Shown piece by piece: positions 44,970 to 56,203 of a stretch of DNA of 64,000 nt. The position numbers and the translations under genes were made by a program. Under the pieces are notes generated by a model. It ran no database searches and was not told the DNA's origin. It saw only the letters and a list, made by a program, of their open reading frames with translations. The number at the start of each line of letters is the position of its first letter. Position 1 is the first letter of the stretch. Source of the stretch: an uncultured Planctomycetota bacterium (GTDB lineage: Bacteria; Planctomycetota; Planctomycetia; Isosphaerales; Isosphaeraceae); contig CAWJTV010000011.1 of the NCBI GenBank assembly GCA_963845755.1, positions 1,280,001 to 1,344,000 of the forward strand. Reading direction: 5' to 3'.

Positions 44970-46051
44970 TGTCGATGAACTCACTGGCGATCGAGATGAC
45001 CGTGCCGGCCGGCCCCAGCACCTTGGCCTCCAGCACCTGGTGCATATATAGCGTCGTCTCACCGTGCCGCTGGGTCAGGCAATCGTCGCAATGCCGGGAG
45101 TGAAACACCAGATAGCCCGAGCCGTCAATCAAGACGACGAACCGCCCCTGCAGCCGCGCCGCGTCCAGAGCCTTCATGCGGATCAACCGCTGGACCATCC
45201 GCTGCCGCAACCCGGCGATGGGGTCGGGGCCGATTTTCCCCAGGAAGTACTCCAAGGTCTGGTTCACCGGCCGGCTCTCTTGCGCCGTACCCGCCAGACG
45301 ATTGAGATTGGGCAGGACCTCCGGGCCGTCGGTGTTCAACTGGTAGTCCAGTTGTGCCGGCTGCTCAACTTGCACAGGAACAAACTCAGCCCCCACCACA
45401 GCAGGAACCGCTTGTGGTAGATCACCAAGGGGGCAAACCGCGGGTCATCGATCGCATCGATCCAGGTGTTGAGATCGGGGAAGAAGTGACCCAGGGTTCG
45501 CACCAGGATAGGTCCGATGTTCAGCGTCGTCCCCGCCGCCGCTTTCGGTGCGAGACGTGGCCCTGGATCAAGGCCAGGGTCAACTGGCTGATTTCGTGGA
45601 TCAGGCCTTTGAGACGTTGGTGTTCTTGCACCCATTCTTGGACCTCCGTGAGCAGGTCCTGGGGCACATACACCGTGCGAGTCTTACCCCCCTCCGAGAA
45701 GGTGAGGTGGTGGGCGGAGTGCAACGGGCCACCGTGGTGGCAGGCGCAGGAGGGCTGGCCGCAACGTTTCTGCACCTGGGCCAGGCTGGCCGCCAGGAGC
45801 GGCCCAGCCGGAGCCAGTTGCTTGAGGCGGCGGTCGAGCATCCGACGGACCAGCGTGGGGTGGCTCGGCACATGCATCGATGGGCCCCTGGAACTTCCGG
45901 TAAGTGGACCTTATACCGGGAAAGGCCCGAAAAGTCATGAGGTGCGAAGAAAAAAATTGAGGGCCTAGGATGGTCGGTGCTTTCAACAGAGGTTCTACTC
46001 GGGACTTACGCTGCCGTCAAGGTGCGACAAATTCCCCAATTCCTCAGAGTG
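44970..46051 (-). mobile_element. Truncated second copy of the DUF6788/DDE IS
   Basis: Near-identical to 30171..~31253 in inverted orientation; breaks after SEFID. Confidence 0.92.
45521..45877 (-). CDS. DUF6788-like IS accessory protein (copy 2)
   Basis: Protein identical to 30346..30702. Confidence 0.85.
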   Translation of the reverse strand: MHVPSHPTLVRRMLDRRLKQLAPAGPLLAASLAQVQKRCGQPSCACHHGGPLHSAHHLTFSEGGKTRTVYVPQDLLTEVQEWVQEHQRLKGLIHEISQLTLALIQGHVSHRKRRRGRR

Positions 46052-46056
46052 GGGAT

Positions 46057-46159
46057 CTCGTTCCCATGCTCCGCGTGGGAATGCCGTCCTGGCCGCTCCG
46101 CGGCCCGGGCGACGCGGAGCGTCGCACCCTCACGTTCCCACGCGGAGCATGGGAACGAG
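46057..46159. repeat. REP-like palindrome (CTCGTTCCCA..TGGGAACGAG family)
   Basis: Relatives at 9143-9468, 13863-13981 and 52510-52613. Confidence 0.85.
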
Positions 46160-46220
46160 ATGACCCGGTGTCGATACGACAGTCTCTGTTTCCACAGCCC
46201 TTTTTCGAGAGTGACTGACC

Positions 46221-47330
46221 ATGTCGTGGCGCCAGCGGTTCCTGTTGTGGTTTGGCCCGAGCATCCTGGGTGGCATCACTTTTGGGGATTGGTTGGCGTT
46301 GCTTCGCGAGAATCGCTTTGACGTCGATCCGTCTTACTGGTTGCGGGCCGCCAGCATCACGCTGTGCAGTCTCGGGAACTCTCTGGATCGTCGCCGTGAG
46401 GAGGCCAGCTATGGACAAGAGGTTCGCGACACTACGGTGGATCCTCCGGTCTTCTTGCTCGGAATCTGGCGCAGCGGGACCACGCATCTCCAGAACCTCT
46501 TCGCCGTCGACGAGCGCTTCGCCTTTCCCAACTGGTATCAGGTCAGTTACCCGCACTCATTCCTGGGCACCGAGGCCAAGAGATCGCGGTTCCTCGGCGT
46601 CTTGATCCCCGAGACGCGGTTCCAGGACAACATGAAGTACGGCCTCGCGTTCCCCGCGGAGGACGAGTTCGCCATTTCCACCGTCTCGGCGCGTTCGGTC
46701 ATGATGAGCTGGATCTTCCCGCGGCGGGCGGAACACTATGCCCGATACGCGACTCTGGGCGAAGTCCCCGAGGCTGAGGTCGCCGAATGGAAGGCCGCGC
46801 TCCTCGGGTTCGTCAAGAAGCTTTCCTGGAGGTATCGCAAGCCCGTCGTCCTCAAGTCCCCCTGCCATACCGGGCGAATCCGGCTTCTCCTCGATGTCTT
46901 CCCCGAGGCGAAGTTCGTTCACATCCACCGAGATCCCTATGCCGTTTTCCAATCCTCCTGCCATACGACGCGCGAGGGGATAAAGTATTGCACCTTGCAG
47001 CGGCACAACCTCGATGTGGAGGAATGGGCGATTCGCCGATATCGTGAGGTCGTGGACGCCTTCCTCGCGGAGAAGGACCTGATCCCGGCGGGGCGATTCC
47101 ACGAGCTTCGTTATGCGGACCTGGAACGCGACCCCGTCGGCCAGATGCGAACGATTTACGAGGCGCTCGGACTTCCCGACTTCGGCGACGTGGAGCCCTC
47201 GGTCCGGCGCTACGTGGACTCGCTGGCGGGTTATCAGAAGAATGTCTACGCCGAGATGCCTCCGGCGACGAAGGAGCGACTTCGGAACGAATGGCAACGC
47301 TCCTTCGCAGCGTGGGGATATCCCACCTGA
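46221..47330 (+). CDS. Sulfotransferase family protein
   Basis: PVFLLGIWRSGTTHL (PAPS-binding loop), LKSPCHTGRI, IHRDP, RYADLERDP. Confidence 0.9.
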   Translation: MSWRQRFLLWFGPSILGGITFGDWLALLRENRFDVDPSYWLRAASITLCSLGNSLDRRREEASYGQEVRDTTVDPPVFLLGIWRSGTTHLQNLFAVDERFAFPNWYQVSYPHSFLGTEAKRSRFLGVLIPETRFQDNMKYGLAFPAEDEFAISTVSARSVMMSWIFPRRAEHYARYATLGEVPEAEVAEWKAALLGFVKKLSWRYRKPVVLKSPCHTGRIRLLLDVFPEAKFVHIHRDPYAVFQSSCHTTREGIKYCTLQRHNLDVEEWAIRRYREVVDAFLAEKDLIPAGRFHELRYADLERDPVGQMRTIYEALGLPDFGDVEPSVRRYVDSLAGYQKNVYAEMPPATKERLRNEWQRSFAAWGYPT

Positions 47331-47428
47331 ATCGGTCGAGGCTGGATGACACCCGGTTTTTTGAAGTAGTTTCCGCCGCGACGGGCCTCTATCCGATCGG
47401 AAGGCCGATTTGAACGACGAGGGACCTC

Positions 47429-48898
47429 ATGGCAGGGATCACCACGGGCGTCGTGCTGAGGCAACTTCGAGCACTGTTTGACCGCGGGTCGATCGGGGGA
47501 CTGAGCGACAGTCAGCTCCTCGAGGGATTCGCCGTGCACCGCGACGAGGATACCTTCGCCGCGCTGGTCGATCGGCACGGTCCGATGGTGCTGCGCCTCT
47601 GCCGGCAGGTCCTCGGCGACGAGCATGAGGCCCAGGACGCCGCCCAGGCGGTCTTCCTCGTGCTGGCCCGCCGGGCCGGGTCGATCCGGCGACAGGACTC
47701 GGTCGCCGGCTGGCTGTACCGCGTGGCCCGTCGCATCGCGATCCGGACGCGGGTCGTGGCGGCCCGGCGCCGCGAGATCGAATGGCGGAAAGCCCAGATG
47801 GAGACGCCCTCGGCTCGCGACGATCGACCATACGTCCCCCAGACCGAACTCTATGAGGAGTTGGACCGGCTCGCCGAGCGGTATCGGGCGCCGCTGGTCC
47901 TCTGTTACCTCGAGGGCCTGACTCACGAACAGGCCGCCCAGCAGCTCCGATGCCCCGTCCGGACCGTCGAGACGCGCTTGCAGCGTGGACGTGCCCGCCT
48001 TCGCGAACGATTGATCCGCCGCGGGGTGGTCCCGTCGGCGGTGCTGGCCGGTGCCAGCCGATCGGCGCCGGCCGCTTTGCCGGCGGCATGGACCGCGGCG
48101 ACCGTTCGGGCCGGAATCGCTTTCCACACACGTCATGCGGCGGCCGTCGGGATGGTCTCGGCGCAGGCCGTTACCCTGGCAGAAGGAGTCCTCAGAGTCA
48201 TGTTCCTCAAGAAGCTTGGGTTGGTCACGATCTTGCTCGTGATCCTCGGCGGAGTTACCGTCGGTGGTGGCGTGTGGGCGAGTCAAGGCGTGAAGCTGGC
48301 GGTTCCGGATCCGGTTCCGCCGGCGATCTCACCACCGTCCGCTTCGATGCCGGAGATCCCGTCGCCCGGCCCCGAGCCGGACGCCCTGGTCGTCCTGCAA
48401 ACCCAGAAAGACTCGAAGGATGATGGCGCTCGTGAACTCTCGCGTGATGACGGCAAGATGGTCGGCAAGCGGAGCATCGCGGGCGGCGGGCATGCCGTCC
48501 GGTTCGAGGCGCCCGGCGAGGGGTGGACGCTGACGGCGGTCCGGGTCCATGGGGCACGCTATGGCACGCGCCGCGTACCCCGTGAGGACTTCGCCGTCTT
48601 TCTCTGTGATGAGGAGTTCCACCAGATCAAGGAGTTCTTGTTCCCTTACTCGAAGTTCGAGCGGGGCGATTCCAAGTGGGTGACGCTGGAGGTCGAGCGG
48701 ACCAAGCTGCCCAAGACGTTCATCCTCGGGGTCGATTTCGATCCGACGCAGACCAAGGGCGTGTACGTCAGCCACGACCGGGAGGGAAGTGGTAAATCGA
48801 TGGTCGGCCTGCCCGGAGAGGGGCATCAGCCATTCCAGCAAGGGGATTGGCTGATTCGTGCCAGGATCGAGTCGGCCAAGGAAAAGGCCGCGAAATGA
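47429..48898 (+). CDS. ECF sigma factor with TM helix and C-terminal extension
   Basis: SDSQLLEGF..RHGPMV..AQDAAQAVF..TVETRLQRGR; TM LGLVTILLVILGGVTVGGGVWA; beta-rich C-terminal domain. Confidence 0.9.
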   Translation: MAGITTGVVLRQLRALFDRGSIGGLSDSQLLEGFAVHRDEDTFAALVDRHGPMVLRLCRQVLGDEHEAQDAAQAVFLVLARRAGSIRRQDSVAGWLYRVARRIAIRTRVVAARRREIEWRKAQMETPSARDDRPYVPQTELYEELDRLAERYRAPLVLCYLEGLTHEQAAQQLRCPVRTVETRLQRGRARLRERLIRRGVVPSAVLAGASRSAPAALPAAWTAATVRAGIAFHTRHAAAVGMVSAQAVTLAEGVLRVMFLKKLGLVTILLVILGGVTVGGGVWASQGVKLAVPDPVPPAISPPSASMPEIPSPGPEPDALVVLQTQKDSKDDGARELSRDDGKMVGKRSIAGGGHAVRFEAPGEGWTLTAVRVHGARYGTRRVPREDFAVFLCDEEFHQIKEFLFPYSKFERGDSKWVTLEVERTKLPKTFILGVDFDPTQTKGVYVSHDREGSGKSMVGLPGEGHQPFQQGDWLIRARIESAKEKAAK

Positions 48899-49066
48899 GC
48901 CGATCGCCTGGAAATCGGGCGAATCGCATCGTCGCTAGCCGCGGGTGAGGTCCGGAAGAAGATCGTAGGATGCGGCCTGGATCCCTTCCACGGCAACGCG
49001 ATCCATCGCCTCGGCGAGCGTGTCACGTTCGTTCAAGGGTTTGAGGATCCACGTACACCAATCCGA

Positions 49067-49198
49067 ACGCGGACTTCGGCTGCAACCCAATAAATGGTGG
49101 TTTCAAAAGGGGGGACAGGCACCTCGAAGACTCGGAGCCAGTCCCCGTTTTGAAACAGCGTGTAGGGAATTCAAAGCAGAGATCCCACGGAGGGCGCC
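49067..49198 (+). repeat. Asymmetric element copy with a different (REP/MITE) cargo
   Basis: ACGCGGACTTCGGCTGCAACC..GTTTCAAAAGGGGGGACAGGC..GCCAGTCCCCGTTTTGAAAC..GATCCCACGGAGGGCG. Confidence 0.6.
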
Positions 49199-49206
49199 TC
49201 GGTACA

Positions 49207-49545
49207 TCAACGTCCCAAGAGCTTGTCCAGCGCCGCGAAGATTTCGACGAGCACTCCGGCACTCAGGGTGCCGACCCGATCACCAATGCGCCGTCGGTTG
49301 ACAGCCCGCGTTTGAAAGACGAGCGCGACCGACGGGTATTGCAAGCCGTTCTCGTCGCTGGGCTGCACGAGCGGTGTCCCGGGGAAGTGCAAGGTCGAGG
49401 TCGCCGTGGTCAGCGGGACGGTGAGGACAACGGGCAGTTTGCCCGCATAAGCGTCGTCTTGGATGATGACAGCAGGCCGGCGCCCGGTCTGCTCATGGCC
49501 AGTGGAGGGCGGGAGCTCGACCCAATGGACGTCGCCAACGGTCAC
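49207..49545 (-). CDS. PemK/MazF-family toxin
   Basis: GDVHWVEL..GHEQTGRRPAVIIQ..VPLTT..FQTRAVN.RRIG..VGTL. Confidence 0.92.
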   Translation of the reverse strand: MTVGDVHWVELPPSTGHEQTGRRPAVIIQDDAYAGKLPVVLTVPLTTATSTLHFPGTPLVQPSDENGLQYPSVALVFQTRAVNRRRIGDRVGTLSAGVLVEIFAALDKLLGR

Positions 49546-49762
49546 AACCGCTCCTCCCGCTCCCATTGATCGATCAGCGCCCAGGCCTCGTCACCCACCC
49601 GTTCCCAGGCATCGAATTCGGCACGCACTTCCGGCGTCAGCTCGGGTGAGGACGAAGGGATCACGATCTCGACCTGCGCCCCTCCGGGAGCGGGATGGGC
49701 CCTTGGGGCACGACCAACCCATTCTTGACCAATCCGGGGATGACCATACGCTCGGTTTCCAT
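49542..49762 (-). CDS. Putative antitoxin (frameshift near 49690)
   Basis: GLVKNGLVVP..PLPEG.QVEI..EFDAWE; overlaps the toxin start (GTGA). Confidence 0.7.
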
Positions 49763-50002
49763 GGGTCCTCCTCGCCATTTCGCCAGGCTTGACCCCTCCA
49801 TCAGAGCATCGAGGAAGCCAGCGTACCAGCCTTCCGACACAAGCTCGGTGGTTCGGCCCGCGTCTCCGGGCACCGGAAGGGTCGTCGTCGAAACCGACGG
49901 CTGGAGGTCAGGCCTCCCAATCCGAGCATCCGTTCCCACTCACCACCAAGCTCGCCCTGTCCTCAATCGATGCCGGTTGGAACCACGCCTGGCCGGATTC
50001 GG

Positions 50003-52373
50003 CTATGGCAGCCCGAGTCGTTTCCGCGCGATCCACTCGATGGACAGGATGCCGAAGAACGCAATCAGGGCGAGGGGTTGATCCCAGAGCGGAGTTTCCT
50101 CGGTGCGGGTGACCGTCTTGGTCCGGCGCGGAGCAGGGGGGTGAGTTGATCGGCCTCGGAGTCGGCGAGGACGCGGCCGCCGGTCGCGGCGGCGAGGCGG
50201 TCGAGCGGATCGCGCGTGGCGGCCAGCTCGACGTTCTCGGTGGTCTCTCGCGCGATGACGTCGAGCCGCGCCTCGGGGACCGTCTCCCGGGCCGCGTTCA
50301 GGTGGAGCGCGTCGGCGAGTTGCGGCACATCGAGCCGGATCGCGTAGGTGCCGACCGGCATTGAGGGCGCGGTGCCCTCGAACGTGCGGGGTTGGCCGGG
50401 GATGGCGGACATCGGGATGAGGGCGACGGCTTCGCCGGTCGTCGTTGACGAGGAAGGATCCTTCTTGAACAATCGGGCGGCGATCAGGAGGTCCGGGGCA
50501 ACGCCATCGACGCCCTCGCTGATCCGCGCCTGGATCCGGACGTCGCTTCCCTCCATCACACGCGGTTGGGCCGGCCCGAACCGGACCAGGGCGTTGCCCG
50601 CGGTCAGCTTGCGAGTCGTCGCCCAGCGCACCACCTGGCCCCAGAAGCGGTGATGGTACGCGTCGCCGACGCGATGCCGCCAGCGCCAGGTGCTGTCCGT
50701 GCCGACCCAGAGGACCTTGCCGAGACCGTACGGTTGGGCTGCGATCGCTGCGGCCGACGAATCGTCACCGATCGCGGCCAGTACCGTGGCGCCGGGCTTG
50801 GACCGGCCAGAGAGCACCCAGGGGAGGCGCGGAAGGCCGGTCCAGATGGCTCGGTTCTGGACGGCATCGGCGGCAAGTTGGAGCATCGGCCAGGCGGCGG
50901 TTTCGAGGCCCGCGGCCGTCGGCAAGAGCGCAACGCCGGGGGGCAGGGCCGGGTGTGCCGGATCGTGCTGGGACGGATCGGTGAGGACGAGCTGGGGCTC
51001 GGTGATCGGTAAGAGCTGGCGGACCGTTTCCTGGCTCAGGAGCGTCGCCCATGACTTCGGGCCGGGGTTCAGGACCAGCGTCCCGCCGCGCTCGGCGACG
51101 TAGGATTCCAGCCGGGCTATGACTTCCGGCGTGAGATCGGCCGCGCCCACATCGCCGACGATCACGATGTCGAAGGCGCCGAGCGGGTCGGGCTGGCGGT
51201 CCGCTGGCTCGGGTCGGGCGGGGATCTGCGTCTCATAGGATGACGGGAACGAGCCGTCGGAACCGGGCTGCTCGAAGACGACGGCCGTGAGCTTCACGTG
51301 AGGGTCGCGGGCCAGGGCATTACGGAGGTAGCGGAACTCCCAGCGCGACTCGCCGTCGACGAGCAGGACGTTCGCCTTGTCGTCGGCCACCTGGATCATC
51401 AGGCTGCGGCGATCGTTGTCGGGCCGGGTGTCGCCGTCGAGCGGGCCGACCGCCAGCGAAAGGGCGGTCGTGCCGGGCTCCTCCATCGGGATCTGGAACG
51501 TCACGACCGGTCGAGTCGCCGAGCCATCGGCCGGCGCCCGGACCGACTGCCGCAACGGAGAGCGCCCGGGCCGGTCGAGCGTCACTGCGACCTCGCGGCC
51601 GGCGTAGTCGTCGATCTTGAGGGTGGCCTCGATGCGCGCGACGTCGCCCCGATACACGCTCTCCGGCGCCTTGACCGACGCGATCGCCGCGTCGCGCGGC
51701 GGAACCGTGGAGCCGACGAGGACGGGGAACACCGGGATCCCCCGGGCCGCGAGCCGATCGATCAGAGGTACAGGGTCGGCCGCCGCATTCTGCCGGCCGT
51801 CGGTCACCAGGACCACGCCGAGCACCGGCGCGCCGGCCTCGCCGGGCGCAAGGCCTCGGCCAACGCGGGCTGCCAGTCGGTTACCCGGCTCGAGGGATCG
51901 TCGGCCTTCGGCGGTTTCCTGAGTGACTCGGCCAGCGCGGCGAGGTTCGCTGGCGTGGTTGTCCGTGCGAACGCAAACGCGTTGACCGCATGGTCCACGG
52001 CGAGTCGCGCGATCGGCGCGGTCTCTGCCGCAATCAGCCTTCGCATGACCTCGCGGCGCGTTTCGGCCGGGCGGCCGGCGTCGGCAGTCTCCATGCTTTG
52101 CGAGACGTCCACGGCGACGATCACATGACCGCGCAACGTCTCGCTGAACACACGGGCTGCGATCGGCTCGAACAGCGCGAGGATCAGCGCCGCGGCCGCC
52201 GCCAATCGCAGGGCCAGCAGGGACAGGCCCGCCCGCCGCGAGACCAGACGACGCTCCGTGCGGTAGAGGATCCACAGCAGGATCAGCGCCACGGCTCCCG
52301 CGGCGATCCAGATCCCTCCGCGGCGATAGCCCGCCAGGAGAAGCCGCCAGCCGCCGAAGAGATCGAAGGTCAT
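50003..52373 (-). CDS. vWA/GATase1-like membrane protein of the MoxR operon (frameshifted)
   Basis: VAVDVSQSM (MIDAS), VLVTDGRQN, RWEFRYLRNAL.RD, GLGKV, FWGQVVRW, C-terminal EW..RKRLGL. Confidence 0.82.
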
Positions 52374-52402
52374 GAATCGGCCGCCTCCAGGCGATCGGAG
52401 GT

Positions 52403-52809
52403 CCACGAATTCAAAAAAAGGAATAGAACTCGAAATACACGAAAAAAGGAGACTGTAGCAACGGAACCGGGCTCAGGAAGGAAGGCCTCGTCCTCACACC
52501 ATCGGGATCCTCGTTCCCATGCTCTGCGTGGGAACGTCCGGGTGCGACGCTCCGCGTCGCCGGGGCCGCAGAGCGGCCAAGACGGCATTCCCACGCAGGA
52601 GCGTGGGAACGAGTTCCGATCACCCGGTCTCGTTGCTACAGACTCGAAAAAAGACAAAGAATAGCACGGGGCCAGGATGAGGATATCACAGTCGTGTTCT
52701 CCGGAAATAGCAGCCGGACAATGAATATTCAAAATATATATCATAAATTTAATTTTAAATATTAAATTGTTTTGTGAATTTTGTGTTCTAATTCCGATGT
52801 ATATTGTGG
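52403..52809. repeat. AT-rich element with ~45-bp imperfect terminal IRs, interrupted by a MITE
   Basis: CCACGAA..GGAATAGAACTCGAAATACACGAAA versus the reverse complement of 52768-52809, CCACAAT..GGAATTAGAACACAAAATTCACAAAA. Confidence 0.6.
52449..52645. mobile_element. MITE (197 bp) with REP cargo and 8-bp TSD
   Basis: TIR GAGACTGTAGCAACG / GAGTCTGTAGCAACG; TSD GAAAAAAG at 52441-52448 and 52646-52653. Confidence 0.85.
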
Positions 52810-52843
52810 ATAGCACATTTTGTGGACGATGTCTGGGGGATTT

Positions 52844-55053
52844 CTACTCTCGTCCCTGGCCACGGACGATCCGCCGGGTCAGGTAGACCTCGACGCACAA
52901 GAACCCCAACGCGGCGAGGACCAGGAGCCGCCAGACTTCGTGCTTGCCGCCGGGCTCGGCGGCCGAGAGGCGTGCGGCCAGGCGGTCGGCGTCGGTCTCA
53001 AAGGCGAGGTGCCAACCCTGGGCCAGCCCGGCGGCCTCGGCCGGCTCGAGCGGACGCAGGTCGGATTCGCGGCCGTCGCCGGTGACCACGGCATAGGCCA
53101 GGGCACCGGGTGGGTCGGGGAGCGCGAGACGATACACGCCGGCTTGACCCGTGTCGTCGAATCGTGCGTGGGTCGTGCTGCCACTTCGTACCACCGTGGC
53201 CCGGGCCGGGCTGCCGTCGGGCAATTCGAGTGCCAAGGCGTTGACGCCGGGCGGCGGGGGCGGGTCGAGGGGGAAAAATAGGGGCTCGCCCGCCCGGATG
53301 ATCGGCGACCGACCGCCGCTGCCGGCGAGGTGGACGATCCACTCGTGGGTCATAGGGACGTAGTCGGGATTGGCCGGCAACGTGCCGGCCTCGGCATCGA
53401 TCGGCGTGGCCAGCGCCAGGACGCGGCCGCGATGCCAGGGGCGCTCGACCAGCCAGGGATCGCCGGTGTCGAGTCGCGCCGAGACCGAGGCACCCGGCCG
53501 GGGAGCCAGCACCCGGTAGGCGAAGAAATCGGCCTCGGCGAGCGGGGGCTCGTCCCCCTGGCCGAAGGGCGCCATAAGTGGACCGGTGAACGTCCGCGGC
53601 GCGGGGTGCGCGATGGTCGCGCGACGAGTCGCATCCCCCTTCCGCTCGCCGAGCCGGGCGGGCATCCAGCCGATCGCGCCGAGGGATGGGGCGTCGGTCC
53701 GGTCTCCAGGCGCGACCAGCAGGCCGCCGCCGGCTTCGACGAATGCGCTGAGGGCGGCGATCTGAGCGGACGTCAGCCGTTCGACATTGGCCAGCACGAC
53801 GACGCGCTGACTTCTCAGCGCGTCGGGCACGAGCCGAGCGGGTGCGATCACGCGGGCGCGGACCTGCGGGGCGTCGTCGCCGGTCGGGGCCAGCGCGGCG
53901 CGGAGGAAGTCGGTCTCGCCGCTGAAGGGCTCGGTGGCCGGCTCGCCGTCGACCAGCAGGACGGGGACCGCCGGCGTGACCTCGATCGGGATGTCCGACT
54001 CGTCGTCGCCGGGGAGCGCATCGACGCCGTCGAGCCGGACGGTCACGAGGTGCGAGCCCGGCGCCGTGAGCGACGTCTGGAACGCGAGCGGCGCGCGGCC
54101 GCCCGCCGGGATCGGCCCGACGACCTGGCCCGAGCCGGCGACCGGCCGGCCGTCGAGGAAGAGCTCGGCGGTGCGCACCAAGGGGCCGGGACCGGCGTTC
54201 TCGACGGTCGTCGTCACCGTCAGCGGCAGGCCCGGAGTCACCAGGGTGCGCGTGACGCTCAGCGGACCGACCGAGCCATTGGGCATGTCGGCCGTCTCGC
54301 CGTTACCAAGGGCAATCGACCAGATCGACGGCGGGAAAGCCAGCCTGCGGCGGATGTCGCGGACCATCGCCCAGCGGTTGGCCTCGCCCGGCCGCCAGGC
54401 GAAGCGCTGGCCATCGGTCAGGACGATGATGGCTCGCCCCGGGTTCTGGGTCTTTTCCAGGATGCGGAACGCCTCGACGAGCGCGGCGGGGATGTCGCTC
54501 GACCCTGCGCGAGCTTGATCCCGGCCAGGGCCTCGTCGAGCTTGGCCGGGTCATAGCGGGGCGGGTTGACCAGCGGGTGGACGCGCTCTCCGGCGACGAG
54601 GATCGCCATCGTATCGCCGGGCCGCGACTGGCGGACGAACCGCCGCGCCCAGGCGACGACCCGGGCGCGCGGGCTCGTGCCGGACTGGAGCCGTCGATCC
54701 ATGCTGGCCGAGCCGTCGATCACGAGCACGACGTCGCGCGGCGGTGCGTCGCGGCCGAGTCCCGATCCCGGACCTGTGGTCGATTCCTCGCCCGATGCCG
54801 CCGAGGCCCCGGGCGCCCAGAACGGCCGGGCCAGTGCCAGCGCGACCAAGGCGAGCAGGCCCATCCGCGCTAGCATCAGGAGCAGTTCGGTCACGCGGAG
54901 CCGCCGCCGCGACTGGCGGCCGAGGTCGAGGAACTGCATCGCGCCCCAGTCGATCACCGTATCCCGGCGGCGATTGAGCAGATGGATGATCACCGGGAGC
55001 GCGGCACCGCTGAGGCCCAGCAGCATCGCGGCATTGAGGACACCCCAGCCCAC
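52844..55053 (-). CDS. BatA N-terminal domain/vWA protein (frameshift near 54505)
   Basis: LPVIIHLLNRRR..WGAMQFL..LARP; VIDGSASM; C-terminal VWRLL..E.YL. Confidence 0.88.
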
Positions 55054-55057
55054 GGCG

Positions 55058-55955
55058 TCAGCCTCCCCGCCGCGACCGCGACGACAGGTAGTCCAGCAGC
55101 GTCTTCTCAACCGGTTCGGCCGTCGACGCCCGCTGATAATCGGCGTTCATGGCGTGGACGCGCTCCTGGAGCGTCCGGCAGAATGTGTTGAATCGTTCCA
55201 GGTACGCCGCGCAGGGCCAGTGGATCCACGCGGAGGTCGTGATCGGTGCGCTCCAGATTGCGGAACCGCGCGGGGTTCCGAAACGGGAACTCTTCCTCCT
55301 CGGGGGCGAGCGTGTGGAAGAACAAGACCTCGTGGTGGCGATGCCGCAGATGACGCAGCGCCGCGGTCAGGTCGTCGATGGCGTCGAACCCGTCGGAGAG
55401 GATCACGACGAGCCCGCGACGGCGGATCCGATCGGCCAGGGCATGCAGGATGCCGCTCAGGCGGGTCTCGCCCCCGGTTTGTGTGCGTTCCAGGGTGTTG
55501 CACAGGATCGCGAAATGTCCGGGCGCCGATCGCGGCGGGATCATGGCGCGGACGGCACTATCGAAAGTCACCAGGCCCACCGCGTCGCGCTGGCTGATCA
55601 TCAGGTAGGCCAGCGATGCCGCCAATCGCCGCGCGTGCTCGAATTTCGAAACCGTCCGACCGGCGTAGGCCATGCTCCCGGATGAGTTGACGACCAGATA
55701 GGCGCGCAGGTTCGTCTCTTCTTCATATTCCTTGACGTAGTAACGATCGGTCTTTCCGAAGGCTCGCCAGTCGATGTGCCGGATCTCGTCGCCCGGCCCG
55801 TACTCGCGGTGCTCGGCGAACTCGACCGAGAAGCCCTTGAAGGGGCTCTTGTGCAGGCCCGACATTACCCCTTCGACCACCAGGTGCGCGATCAGCTCCA
55901 GCCGGCCGAACCGGCTCAGGATGGTGGGGTCGAGGCTTGGTTGGTCATTGATCAT
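55058..55955 (-). CDS. DUF58 protein (frameshifted near the 3' end)
   Basis: GLHKSPFKGFSVEFAEHREY.PGDEIRHIDW, VKEYEEETN, SGSM, ILSDG. Confidence 0.93.
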
Positions 55956-55994
55956 TAGTTATTGGTCAATATATGGAACGCACCGATTATCTTT

Positions 55995-56184
55995 CGCCCT
56001 GAAGGGGCCTGACAGATCAGCCCAGGGCAACGCCCTGGGTTATAGTCGCACGTTGATATATAAGCCCTGAAAGGGCGAAACACCTCCCTACCCATCGTGC
56101 CGCCCTTTCAGGGCTCGAGGCACGTTTGGATTCGTCGTCCCAGGGCGTTGCCCTGGGCTGATTTGTGGCTGCCCCTTCGGGGCG
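55995..56184. repeat. REP/REPIN-like multi-hairpin element
   Basis: GCCCAGGGCAACGCCCTGGG..GCCCTGAAAGGGCG..CGCCCTTTCAGGGC..CCCAGGGCGTTGCCCTGGGC..CCCCTTCGGGGC. Confidence 0.85.
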
Positions 56185-56203
56185 AATCCAGGAGGTCTCA
56201 ACC

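Noticed and set aside
43030..45399. 789-aa transposase-sigma fusion as a bona fide evolved gene
   Set aside because: Explained by a truncated IS abutting the sigma 5' region; retained only as a possible read-through effect.
49023..49075. FGLVYVDPQTLER, resembling a GH1 beta-glucosidase C-terminal motif
   Set aside because: Too short, bordered by a repeat element, and no other GH1 motifs are present.
52370..52816. 148-aa AT-rich ORF
   Set aside because: It runs through nested repeat elements and is not protein-like.
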